From: Geosiphon pyriformis uo1
Lineage: Eukaryota > Fungi > Glomeromycota
Assembly (NCBI GenBank): GCA_016748015.1
Contig: JAAOMT010000494.1
Coordinates: 62,001 to 126,000 of the forward strand
Reading direction: 5' to 3'
DNA: 64,000 nt
Shown here: positions 50,447 through 64,000 of the stretch, in pieces
Layout of the letters: each line of letters opens with the position of its first letter
Position numbering within the stretch: position 1 is the first letter of the stretch
Notes under the pieces: generated by a model
What the model was told of the DNA's origin: nothing
The model's input: the letters and a program-made list of their open reading frames with translations, nothing else
Database searches by the model: none
Program-made: the position numbers and the translations under genes

Positions 50447-53400
50447 AACTTGTATAATCTATTGCCTAGAATTTTATAAATATAGAATAATTCATCTTAT
50501 TTATGTTCAAATTTTTTATTTTATTGTTTTTTAGTCTTAGTTTTGTATAACAAAACTTTTTTTTAACTTTAAATTTATTAGTGATTAGTAGCAATTTGTT
50601 GTCATACCATTTTTTTTGTTGAAATTGGAAATGTTTAATATGGATAATTATTAATTATTATTTTTTTTCTAAAGTATTAAAAAGAGTGTAGATTTTTTAT
50701 TAAAGTGTTTTCTGAAAGTTTTTTTTATTGATTGATTACATAAGATATGTTTCTACAATAAAATTAATTGGTAATATTGTTGTTTTTTTATAGATTAGAT
50801 CAAAGAATATGTGTTTTATAATACCTCGTTTTAATGTTTTATATACTAGTAATATTAATGAAATAAAATTATCTTATTTTTGCTCAAAATTAGTTAAAAC
50901 TTTGACTAATAATTTATATAGTATTTAATTGAATTGTTCTATAAGTCTATTTGTTTGTAGATAGTAAAATAATAATAAAGATTTTTTAATATTAAATTAT
51001 TCACAAATTTTTTGTATTATGTTGTTTATAAAATATGTTTCTTGATTGAATAAAAGTTTAATTAGATATCTATATCTATAAATAATATCTTTATAGATAA
51101 AATTTGCTATTGATTTTGCATCTGCTTATTGCATAGCTTTGGTTTCAGGCCATTTGGTAAGATAATTTATTATAATTGCAATATAATAATTTTTTTGAGT
51201 GGTAATAAGTAGTAATTCGATTAAATTAATTCTTACTCTGTTAAAAAGTTCTTCAATTTTAATTGAATTTAAAGGTTCAGTAGAATGAGTTTTTTTTCTT
51301 TTTTGACAACTATCACATAATTCTACATACTATTAAATGTCTTGTTACATATAAAGCCAAAAATAATGTTCTAATGTTTTTTGTATTATATTGTTTTTTC
51401 TTAGATAGGCTAATAAAAAGTCTGTATATATGTTATATAAGATTGTTTTTTTTTTTATTTTGTTGAATTAATTTGAATAGATTTGTTAGATTTCAGTGGT
51501 TTTGATAATAAATTTTGTTGTGATACAAGAAATATTGTTTGAATTAGTATTGTAATTAGTGTTTTTTGGCTAAAAACTATTTTTTTAGTATGTTGAGAGT
51601 TTTCAGATAGTTTTTAATATTGTTGTAGTTTTTGAAATCTATTGTTTTATTTGTTGACTGTTGTTAAGTTAGTGGTTTTTTGATGTTGATTCTAATTTTG
51701 CCTCATTCTAGAAAGACTATTTATATTTGTATGTAATTTGCTTAGTTTATAGTAGATAATATATTTGTAATCTGTTAGGAAATCAGATTATTGGAATTAT
51801 TTGGTACTAAGTTTAAAGCTTTTTTTGTTGAGCTATTTAAGGTTAATATTATTTATAATAATATCAAATTAAAATTCATTTTGGAAATATTGTTGAAAGT
51901 GTTTTAGAGTCCAAATAACAGCTGTTGTTTCTAATTTAGTAGACTTATATTTGAATTCAGTTGGTTTGAGAGTTTTATTAACATAAGCAATTACTTGTTC
52001 ATTGCCATTGTTATTTAATTGTAATAAGATGGTACCAAAAACTATATGTGAAATATTGGTGGCTAACTAAAACCTTTTACTAAAATTTGGATAAACAAAA
52101 ATTGAAACTGTGATAAGCTTTTCTTTAAAAGTGTCAAATGCTTATTGTTGAGTTTGTGTCTATTGATATTTTATGTTCTTGTTGATTAAGTAATTAAGTG
52201 GTTTAGCAATTTTTTGATGAATTTTTGGTAATAAAAGGCTAATCTTATGAATTTTTTTAGTTCTGTAGTATTTTAGAAAACTTGAAAATTTTTAACAGCA
52301 CTAATTGTTTCTGGATTAGATTGAACTTTATTTTTGCTAACAATATGTCCAAAAAAAATCAAACTTGTTTTTCTAAAGTAACATTTTTTGATATTTAACT
52401 TTAATTATACTTTTTGTAATTATTGAAAAACTTTTCACAGATAAATCAGATAGACTTTAAAACTTGGAAAGTATACATTAGTGTTATCTAAATAAATAAC
52501 TACTAATTATTATAAAAGTCTTTTATAAACAATATTTATAAGTTTTTAGAATATTGCTAGTATATTATAGAGTTCAAAAAGCATTATATTAAACTTGTAA
52601 TTTCTTTTTTGAGTAGTAAATGCTGTTTTAAAGTGGTTTTTAAGATCTATTTCAACTTGCCAATATCTGTTTTTTAAATTTAAAGTTGAAAAAAACTTGG
52701 CTTTTCTTAGAGTGTTTAGCATGTTGTTAATTTTTGGTAATAGATAGACATCTTTAATTGTGACATTATTTAATTGTCAATAGTTTACACAAAATTTGAT
52801 TTTGCTGTTTTTTTTTAACAAAAACTATTGGTAAGATTCAAAGGCTTTTTAATAATTAAATAAAGCCATTATTGAGCATTTATTAAATTTTTTCTTTAAT
52901 AAATTAGTGGCTAGTAGATGGCACTTAATAGACTTATTAAAATTTTGGTGGAATATTTCTTGTATAGATCTAATGCTATACAATGTCAGTTTTCTTAAAA
53001 TTGTTATTATTTTTGGCAAATATATTAATATATTCAACAATTAACTGTTTTAATTTTTTTTGTTGTTGGAGTTCCAAGAAACTTATGTTAATTCAAAAAG
53101 TTTTCTTCTAAAATATGGTAGTTTTTAATAATAGAAGTAATGTTTGAATTTGGAAATAAGATATGTCTTACAATTTTGATAAAATTAAAAACAATCTGAA
53201 GAGTCTTATCTTGAAAGATATTGCTATATATGATTTTAATTTCTAATTTATTTAATAAAATAATGAGGTAGTTGTTGGAATTATAAAATATAATTCGAAA
53301 TTTTTTCAATTTTTTTGGAATATAAATGTTTGGAAATAAAATTTTGTGTGTCTGGCAAATTTGTTTATTGGATTTAAAAATTTGTTGAGTGGTAGTTAGT

Positions 53401-56400
53401 TTTGAACAAGTGTAAATTTTGTGATGTTTTTCAAAAAATGATATAGTAATTAGTATTATTAGAAGATTTTTACACTTTTAAATGAAAAATTACAACACAT
53501 ACTATGAAAATTAATATCAAAATTATGTGAAAAAGACTTATATCATTGCATTTAATTAACAAAATCAGTTAGCAATTTGAAAATAAATAATCAGTAATTA
53601 ATTTAATCACAACAAAGAGATATAGCACAATCTAACAGTTTAACTAAGTTGAATACAAAAAAATCTTGGCAAACCAAAAAACACCAATGAAAATAGATAA
53701 TTAATACATGTAATCTAATAACAACAGACTTTTTTATGCTCTAAGATTTTCATACACTTTTATTAGAACAATTTAATATTTTAGATCTGCAATTAATGGT
53801 TAAAAATAGTTACTAAGAAATGTAATTAATTGATCTATTTCTGATTATATTAATCATAATTATAATTAGTATTATTGATTTATAATCAAATATTGTAGAT
53901 CCAGCCATCTAAATCTGATCATTTAAATTATTAGCTCTTAAATAAATAATAGGCTGAGTAAGCTTATCATAAATTGATTAATTTAATGTATATAAATAAT
54001 TAATGTATTTTAAATAGTCTTAATATAATATATAGATCCAATATAATTTAGCTATATATACAACTTCTCTGTTAGCTTATAAAAATATCAGTTCAATATT
54101 AAGCCAATTCTTTATTATAGTTTTTATAGTGAACAGTTAGTCTTTTTTTCTACACCTCACTTTTTTCTTCCCTTTTTCTATGCTTTAAATACTTGTTATT
54201 ACAATCTCAAATATGTTTTTACATATTTTTTATGACTATTTGAAATTACATTGTTATAATTTTTTACTTACTTATTATTACTATTTCAAGTTTTCTATTA
54301 CTTTTAATCTTCAAATTATGTGTTATCATTATTTTACATTAAGTCTTGTTTTACTGAACAAGTTGTTAAAATATTAAAATAAGTAATAAAATATTACATT
54401 TTTAAAGAGTAGTCTTAACAATAAAAAGTTTAATTGAAATCTATTTCAGTTATGTTTTATTTTTATGATTCTTTTAAAATTCTTATAACTTTATTTTCAA
54501 AGCTGAACATTTGAACACCACATTTTTTTGTTAACTAATTAAAAAAATTTTGGTTATGTATTTCTTAAAGTAATTTGTTTTTGTTTTTATTGTTGATTGT
54601 GTTTTTTGATATATATAAAGAGATATAACTTTTCTTTCTCTTTTAAAATACTTAAGACTGGTTTTTGTCTAAAAACAAATAATAATAATAATACTTTTTT
54701 TTACTTTTAATGATTTTACTACACATCTTTTTTTGTTTTTTCACTTATTGAAATAGTCTATATATTTATAATATGCTATTATTATTAATTATAATTATAG
54801 TAATATGTATTACTAATAGAAACTATTATTGTTGCTAAAAAATTATCAAATTCATAGTTTTCACATAGTAATATTGGTTGTGGAAGTTGGAGAATTTGGT
54901 GAGATTTATTTTATGTATTGAGAGCTATGTTTACTAGAACTGTAAATTATCTAGTTGAACCAAAATCTTGGATTTCTCTTTCACTTTTTCTTAATTGTTT
55001 TCTGTTGTTAACTAATTGTAATCCCAAAATGTTAATTAAGAATAAATAAATTGCTTAAACAATTTATTCAGTATGTTCAATTTTGAATAATTTGTTAGCT
55101 TTGTTTTATAACAAGATTGTAATGTCTCTGATGTATTTCACATCTATAATTTCTTTTTTAATGTTGATTTTTTTGCTTGCCAATAATAATCAGAAAGCAA
55201 TTTGAATTATTGTTTCTAATAAAATTTTAAAAGCAATTTTTAGATTAATTTTTGTTAAAAACTTGAGTTGAAAAATCAAAATGTTCTTGTCAAAATATCA
55301 TAGATCATATTTAATATCAATTTTATGAGTTTTTTTTGACTTGATTCTTTGGCCATTGTTGTTGAAATATTTGAGTTTTATAGCAGACTGGTTTTTAACC
55401 AAGTAAATTAGTGTGGTTGCAATTTTTTTTTTCTGTTTAAATTCTCCAAATTCAATTTTATGTTTATCTTTTTTATTGGGCAAAAAGATACTAAGAACAT
55501 AATATTCTGGATATTATTGGTTATTACAAAGCATAATATATTCTTTATATAGTTAAATGTTTATTTGTTTTAATTGTTAAATTTGAGCTTTTTTGGTTAA
55601 GTAGACATAACTTATAATCTGATAATAAGTTTTTACCTCATTTTTATAATTAAATCTAGCTAATTTTATTGTATATTTAATGTATTTTGCTTTTTTTATT
55701 TGGTATATATCTTTTTGGGTTCCTTTATTAATTAAAACTATGGCCAATTTATAGATTATTTTAGCATTATATAAGTAATAATAAAGTTTGTTGAAAGTGT
55801 TGTTATATGTTGTGTCAAAAAAAATTTCTCTTTTTACTTTTTCTACAATTAAAAATACATATTAACAGATTTGATTATAGACTTTTCTTCTTATTGCAAC
55901 ATTAATCCAATTGTATTTTTCTGGTAACATTTTTTTATATGTAAAACAAAGAGTGTTGTCCTATTTTCTATTTTATTTAGAGTATCTGAATTGTTTTCTA
56001 TGATATGCTTTATAAAAATAGAAGGTATATATTTTATATTCTTTTTTTGAAGATATGTATGCTCCTATTAACAAAAGCTTTTTGTTGTATTTTTTATATT
56101 TAAGTAGAATATAAGGTGGTTGTTTCTGTAGTTCTGGTATAGAATATTAAACAACATTTTATTTTTTGGTTTTTTCAAAGATTTTTTGCTCTGTTTTCTT
56201 AGTCTAATTAGATGTTGATTCAAAAATCATGTATGTTTTAGTAATTAAAATTTTTTTGTCTTTTTAAATTTAAACACTAAGACTTTTTTAGATTATTTGT
56301 TAAAAGTACCATATATAATAAATATTCAGATATATTGTATTTAATATGAAATCTTTAATTCTTGTGTTTTCTAATCCAAGTTTATATTGGCTTTAAAGAG

Positions 56401-59400
56401 CCAATTATTTCTAATCAAGGCTTAGTATTAAAGTATATCTATTACAAAAACTTTAACTGGAATAATAATTTCATTAAATGTAAAAAAAAATTGTCAATTT
56501 TTTCTACTAGAGTTTTTTTTATACTATTAGTTATAACAATGATTGTTTGAACTAGTCTGTTAATATTTCACTTAAGTTATTACATCAACTAATAAATAAT
56601 AATACTTTCTGCAGATCTATTATATAAGATTAACCAAATTGGTTTTTCTTCAATTTTGGCTTCTGTATATATTGCTGTAATTATTTTTTGTTTATTAACT
56701 GCTGTATTACTAAGTAGAAATGGTAATTCATTGGCTTCAAATTTAAATATAAATATATTTAAAAAGTTAATATTTGGGTGATTTTGGCTAGTAGAATTAT
56801 ATTATTGGAAGAATTTTGTTTTGGTGCTGTAGTTTTATCTTCAAAAAGTGCAGTTTATTAAAAATTTGATTTTTCTGGCATTGTGAAATAATTAAGTTAA
56901 GTGTGATAATATATAGATCTTTGCTAAGCTGGGTTTTAGAAAACTAATTAGTTGTTGAGATTAAATCAATTATTGTTGAAAAACCAATTTTGTAATGCAA
57001 ATTGGTCTTATTGAATTAATCTTTAAACCAGTACTTAATATTATTATGTGAATAGTAATTAATATTGTTGAATCTGTAGAAATTGTTAATATTGTTGTAA
57101 TATTGATTGTAAAACAAGTTAATAGTAGTTGTTTTAGTGTTGAGATCTTAGTAAATAATAAGTTATGGTAGAAGTTAATAATATAACTGTTGGAATTGAG
57201 AATAATATTAATTATTCTATTACTGTTGGTCTTGTTATAGCTTTTTGCAATTATATTTCCAGTGTTTTGAAATTCCACAATAATAGCAATTTTGAGTTTG
57301 ACTGTTTGATAACAACAAAAAGTTGTTTTATTTGGATTATTGGAGTGGTTAATATCTTTACTATTGCTGCTATTGTTAATTAGTAAAATAATTTTTGACT
57401 TTTTTTGTCAATTAATCAATTTTTTTTTAGCTGCTAAACTGATTTCTCCAATTACAAGATTTACAAGTTTGGTACAATTAGTTTTTTCTATTGTTATTTT
57501 ATAGGCCTTAATATATTAAATAGCAGTGGTTAGATTTTTTGGAGCATATGATTAGACTGTTTTAATGAGTTTGTTTTTTAATTTTACAATAAACTAATCC
57601 AAAATCTGGACATTAAAGTAGTAGTTATTGGTTTCCAATTATCAAATTTGTTAAAAAAGTTTGTTAAATCTTTTAAGATAAGTTATAATGATTTTGGATA
57701 ATTCTTGTTTAATATTGTAAAAGCAATTTTGAAGAGTAATAAAGGTGTTGTTGTTGGTAAATTGTTCCAGAAAAGCATCTTTAAATGTTTGCCAGTTTTT
57801 AAAAAATTTGGTCAAGTTTTCAAATCATTCTCCTGCTGTTTTTTGAAAAAAGTATAGAATTACTTTTAATAATTTTGCTGCATTCTATTCATTTGCATCT
57901 TTTGCTTTTTGGACTTTGTTAAACTATTTTTGTAAACTAGTGTTAACATCTTTTCTAGTAAATTCAGTGATTTTTGTAATATAGGTAATTGCCATATATT
58001 CTGTATTTTTGTTTTTAATAATTTCTTCTTTTGTGGTTTTAAAAATGTTTTTGTTGTTATCAAAGTAGTTGTTTTGGTTTTTTGCTAAGAAATCGAAAAG
58101 ATTAGTACTGGTAAAGATTTGTTTAAGCTATTGTGTAAGACTTTTTAGTGATGTGAAATTTTTTGATTTTAAAAAACAGTTAAATAATAAATTTGGTGTT
58201 TGAGCTTAAGAAAATAAACCTAAAAAAAATGTAATTGAAAGTGGTAATTTAAAACTAGTTTCTTGTTTTGGTGTCTGCAAGTGTTAAAAAAGTTGTTTTT
58301 AACATATCTGTGTAAATTGGTCATATATTTTTCTGTTTGTTTTAGATTTAAACTTAAGTTTAAGAATAAATTATAAGTTGGCAGAATACTTTTTTTCACA
58401 AAATGTGATAATATTATAATTAAGCTCTTCAAAATAAGTAACACAACTATTAGCATTAATGTTTTTTGGGTTTTTATTTAAGTAGCAGATAATATTTTTG
58501 AAAAGATTTTGTTTGATTTTTGTAATATTGTAGTCTTTAAAAAGGTATTTATCAATTTGGTTTTTGATGTATTAAAAAAGTATTTTTTTAAAGGCTGTAA
58601 TTCCATCTTATATTTCAAATTATTGTTTGCAGTGAGTGTAAATTGATTGATAATACTTTAAAGTTGTTATGTTTGATGCAATTACTATTTTAAAGTTGTT
58701 ATGTTTAATGCAGTTATTATTTTAAAGTTGTTATTGTTGTGTTATTTTTATAAAAGAGGACCAAATATTACTGGAGGTTTTTGGTCTTTTTTCTTAAATG
58801 TTGTTAATGCCTGTCTACTGTAAATTTATATTTTTGGAAGTAATTAAACCTCTGATAACTGAATTTATTTTTAAATTATCATTTATAATTTAAATTATTG
58901 GGCTTATATATAGAATAACTAATTTTGTGTCAGTTGCTTTATGTATTTATATTGTAATAAATATTAAAATTTGCTTATTTGAAAGCTTACTAAAAATATG
59001 TAGTTACTTTGCTGTAAAAGTCAACTTTTCTACAAGAATTTTGTTTGTAAGTTATCTTAATAATTATAATAAAAAAATAAAAAAAAATAAAAAAAATGTA
59101 AAAAAAATAAAATTTAGCAAGAGAATTTTTTTCTGTTTAGACCTAAAGTTACTAACAAATTTATTGAAATTGATAGTTAATTAATTTTAAAAATATTAAT
59201 TGAATTTTGAAAATTTTAAGTATAATTATTTAAAAAAGTTAGGTTTTTAAATTATTCAATTTTTATTTGTTTTTTTGTGAAGATATGTATAGAATAATTG
59301 ATTTTAGTTAAGATATATTTTTTCAAAAAGAAAAACTCTTCTTTTATACAACTTATTATAGTATTAGTTTATGATTTTGATAAACTAAAGATATATTTCA

Positions 59401-59695
59401 ATAAACTACTAGTTGTTTCTACAAATTATGAATAATTTTAGTAAACTATTAAGATATTTTGCAAATATTTCTAAATTTAAATAAATTTTGAATATTATAC
59501 AGTTTTGAAATATTGTGTAATCTAATTATTCTATTTTTTATTGTATAAATCAAATTATTAATTAACTAGTAAAATTCAATAATTTGATTAAATAATAAAT
59601 AATAATTGAAACAATATTTGATATATGCTAATTAATGATAAGAATTATAAAGGTAATTTTTTGTTAATTTAATGACTAAAATTTTACTGATAACA
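50447..59695 (-). mobile_element. Heavily decayed family D element H (5' LTR 58766-59695; ORF3 missing)
   Basis: Collinear with D from the PBS remnant to the integrase C-terminus. Confidence 0.88.
53454..54873. mobile_element. Solo LTR G2 (~1,420 bp) inside H
   Basis: TATTAT...GTAATA ends; flanks TTAG and TTGG where the D homolog reads TCGG; H resumes collinearly on both sides. Confidence 0.85.
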
Positions 59696-60409
59696 CTATT
59701 CAAAAATATTATTATTAATATTAAATATTAAAAAGAATTGTTTTTTAGTTGTTTTGGCTTTTTTGGTTATTTTTTTTTTTTTTATATTTTATTAACGAGT
59801 GCGGCCCAACCAGGTTATTTAAACAGCAATAAAAAAAAGATAAAAGAAAAAATTCAACTTTTTATTAAACAGTTTTTATAATTATAAATATTTATTAATA
59901 AAAATACTATTAATTGTTTTAAATAATAAAAAAATTACAGCTTTTTTACTTTTTGCTTTAATTATAGTTATAAAAATAAATAATTTTTTTTTTCAAATTG
60001 CAAAAATCATAATTATATATTTTAAAAACATTTTTAAAATTATTAAAAAAATAATAAAAAAAAAAAATCAATTTAAAAGTTACAACAAACTTGAAAATTT
60101 TAATATAAAACAACACAGTTTTTATATAATTTTATTTTATTTTTTAAAAAACTCCTTAAAAATTAATGGAAAAACCAAAGTTGTATTTGTTAAAAAAAAA
60201 TTGGCTTAAAAACAATAATAAAAAGTTAAAAATTCTTTTATGAAATACCAAAAAAAAAACTTTTTTTTGAAATTTCAAAGTTTGCTGTTGTTAAGTTAAA
60301 AAGCTATTTTAAAATTTTTTATTACTTATGTATTGATATTGGAATACTTCACAACTAAATATATTAAGTATATTATTAAAAGATTTTTATTTGATTCTTG
60401 TACTGTCCT

Positions 60410-63400
60410 ATGAGCCAGGTGGCTTTACATCTTAACAAAGTTGGCTGTACGCAAAAAGTACTTAACCAAATTATTCGAAAAATGGCTACTTTAAAGAAAC
60501 AACCCGAATGGCACATTCCAGTCAACAAAGGTCCTCCACCCATTTTAAAGATTTACAACTCGCTTACTAAAAGCAAGGTAAGCAAGGAACATTCTGAAAC
60601 AAACTACTTTTTCTGCTAAAGTGGTAACCGGAGCGCCTTATCCTCGTACTTTTAGGTCGAATTCGTTCCGATAAAAGGAAAACAAGTCACTTGGTATAAC
60701 TGTGGGCCTACTGTATATGATGCTGCACATATAGGTCACGCTCGGTAACTATTATATACTCTTTTTAGTTCCCACAAGTTTCTCACTTTTAATTCGACTT
60801 CATTCTAAATGTCATAAAGCAATTATGTCACCATCGATATTATTCGGCGAATATTATCTGATTACTTCCGATATGACGTTTTCTTTGTCATGAACATTAC
60901 AGATATTGATGATAAAGTAGGTGTCACACAACACTGTTTTTATATTCCAATTTTGTGTTGAACAATCAACCATATGTCTACAATTACTCTTGCAGATTAT
61001 TTTACGCGCTCGCCATAAATATTTATTTAACCAATTGAAATCCGCTACCAATTCCCTAACCCCGGAGCTGATCGAAAAAGTACAGACCGCCTTGATGAAT
61101 CATGCTAGGACTAAACTAGGTGTTGCAGATGGTAGCTTACGTGGAGATATAACTTCCTCGTCGGCTAACGGAGATCCTAAATACCTCATGAATGCTAATG
61201 ATTTTGTATGAATCGCTTTCATTGACGAATATTACGCCACATGATCATCTAATTTTCAATAAACTGATCCATTCAATTCATTATTCAAAGGGAAATTCTT
61301 TGGAAGCTCTGGCGGAGGCAAAAATTTCTCTTGAAGAAAACGAATTAGGCAAAGAAGTGGCTCATAAATTGTTAGATTCATCTCAGTCAGTTTTGGCCCC
61401 CTGGTTGGATGAAGAGGTAAATTCACTTCTTATTAATATCGAGACGCTCATTTCTTCCTAACCTTTGTTTATTTTTCTAATCCGTAGGCAGGTTCATCAC
61501 TCTCTGATCCCAAGATTTTTCGAGAATTAGCTGCATATTGGGAAAAAGACTTTATTAACGATATGGAATCCTTAAATGTATATAATTATAAAATAAATAT
61601 ATATTGATTTAGTTGTTTCATTGCGTTTCATTAATCCTCTTTCGAATCTGCATTCCAAAGGTTCGTCCTTGTGATGTTTTGACACGCGTGAGTGAATACG
61701 TTCCTGAGATTGCAGAATACGTTCAAAGAATTATGGATAATGGATACGCATATGAAGTGGATGGATCTGTTTATTTCGATACCGCTTCTTTTGATGGGCA
61801 TAAAGGGCATCATTATGCAAAGTTGGAACCTTGGTCAGCTGGAAATACCTTATTAATTGAAGAGGGAGAGGGAACCCTTGGAAGCAAATTGTCTGGGAAA
61901 AAGATTAGTAGTGATTTTGTCCTTTGGAAAAAGAGTAAACCTGGTGAACCTGCCTGGGAATCACCATGGGGACCGGTAGATACAGTTATTTAATATTTAA
62001 GATTCTCGAAGGGTATAGATAACATTTTAAACTTCAAATTCTTAGGGGCGACCAGGTTGGCACATTGAATGTTCGGCGATGGCAAGGCAAGCATCTCAGT
62101 TATAATTTCTCAAGTATGCCGGTGAAAAACAGCAATTTCAATTTGTAACTATATATTGTTTTCCATTTCGTACAATAATAATATTTTTCAAATTTTGAAT
62201 ACAGTGAAGTTCTTGGTGAAAACATGGATATTCATTCGGGGGGCATTGATTTAGCCTTCCCTCATCATGATAATGAATTGGCTCAATCTGAGGTATATAC
62301 GGGTTATTTCTTGTTTAGTATAACATTTAAATTAAATTTGATATATATTAATGTATTATGTTCCTCAAGGCATGTCATGATTGTAAACAATGGGTCAATT
62401 ATTTTATTCACGCCGGCCATTTACAAGTAGAAGGTCAAAAGATGAGTAAATCCCTAAAGAATTTTATTACAATCAAGGCAAGTAGAGGATGTATTATCCT
62501 AAACGCGTTTCACGTTTCAATTATGCAGTTTCTCGTTAATGATCATAATTATCAATAGGAAGCCTTAAAGAAGTATACACCTCGGCAAATTCGTTTATCT
62601 TTCCTCCTTCACCAATGGAATTCCAAATTAGATTTCAAAGAAACTAGCATGGGGGAAGCAAAAAATATTGAGACCATTATAAACGTTTGTATACTGTTCC
62701 TTAGACATAATTTTTTGTTTCAGCGTAACTTTGGTTGATTTTCAATAATCTTCCTTAGAATTTCTTTGTGAATACAAAAGCTCTTGTTAGAGAACATAAA
62801 CCTCACGCCTTCGATTCAGATGGAATGCATCGGTATAGAGCAAGCGAAAAAGAAATCATCAAAATGTAAGTTAGGGTAAATTAAATAAATTTTCAATCCA
62901 CAAACCTTTCTAATAATTCTCTTGGATTATTTCTTTAGCTTTCTTGAGAAACAGTCTGCTGTGCATGTCGCACTTTGTGACTCGTTTAATACACCTACAG
63001 CCATGTCTGAAATTATGGAACTTATCAACAAAACAAATACTTATTTATCTGGTGGACGAGGGTACATTAATATAAATGTAGTAGCGAAAGTTGCTAAATA
63101 CGTCAGCGAAATGATGCGTATATTTGGGGTTGCAGAAGATCTTACCGGGCAGGATATTGGATTTGTGACATCGGAGAAGCAAGCCGTCACAGACGTAAGT
63201 GTTAATTTCAGGCAGAATTTAAGAATATCTATTTAGGCTTTGATAAATCAAACACTTGTTTTTTTTAATTAGAAGGAAGATATTGCGATGCCTTATCTTC
63301 GTGTACTTTCTACTTTTCGAGATAATATTCGGGAATTAGAAATACAGAAAAAAAGTCACTCAGACATCTTGGTTTTATGCGATAAATTGAGAGACGTAGA

Positions 63401-63890
63401 TTTGGTCGAATTAGGTGTATCCTTGGAAGATCGTGAAGATGGTAAAGCGTTAGTTAAATTAGTTAATAAAGAAGAGTTAATACAAGCACGAGAAGCCAAA
63501 TTGAATGCGCAATTAGAAAAAGAGGCTCGAAAAAAAGCAGCAGCCAAAGCCAGAGAAGAAGAAAAGAGAGCACGTTTAGAAAAAGGTAGGGTTCCTGCCG
63601 AAGAAATCTTTAAAAACATGAGAGATGAAAATGGGGGCATTTTATATCCAATTTTGGATGAAGAGGTAAGCAGCGGTTTTTAATATTTCTAAAATCTATC
63701 TAATATACTAAATCCGTGATTTCTATAGGGGATTCCAACACATGACGCTTTTGGCCAAGAGTTACCTAAGGCACGTTTAAAAAAGCTAAAAAAAGAATGG
63801 GAGGCACAACATAAGCTGCATTCCGAATACTTGGCTTGGGTGAAGCAACAGGAACATCCAGAATCATGTGGAAACGCATCCTCAAATTGA
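60410..63890 (+). CDS. CRS1: Cysteinyl-tRNA synthetase, 15 exons: 60410(or 60482)-60577, 60656-60744, 60820-60916, 60996-61205, 61291-61416, 61488-61577, 61661-61975, 62046-62086, 62205-62292, 62370-62477, 62559-62684, 62759-62865, 62939-63194, 63273-63665, 63729-63890
   Basis: [68 protein letters not shown]; the frame is continuous after removing 12 GT-AG and 2 GC-AG introns. Confidence 0.96.
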
Positions 63891-64000
63891 TATCTTGTAA
63901 AAGCCGATCTGGTAACCAACCAACTTATAAAGGGGGCTTTCTAATGAAAATTTATCATTTTGTGGGAAAATCAAGGTTTTTATGTTTGTTGTGAAAACTA

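Overview
AT-rich eukaryotic, probably fungal DNA. Glomeromycotina/Mucoromycota is an inference from intron style and TE content. Bases 1-59,695 are a nested retrotransposon cluster and 60.4-63.9 kb holds one intact 15-exon cysteinyl-tRNA synthetase gene. The cluster has one APE-type LINE, seven full or partial Ty3/gypsy-type LTR elements (named here A, B, C, D, E, H, I; at least three families), five solo LTRs and LTR fragments. All are eroded by C>T/G>A transitions, from about 1% LTR divergence in D to near-total decay at 44-59 kb. The LTR elements share an unusual design: (1) one Gag-protease-Cys-rich domain-dUTPase-RT-RNase H frame that stops just after RNase H; (2) integrase as a separate ATG-led ORF behind a short spacer with splice-acceptor-like signals; (3) a conserved non-env ORF3 before or overlapping the 3' LTR; (4) LTRs with family-specific U3 arrays, a covarying three-way-junction RNA motif (circularly permuted and duplicated in family D) and a U5 anti-PBS stem; (5) 4-bp target duplications with a central YR step, often CpG-derived. 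All coordinates and alignments were read by eye; no searches were run.
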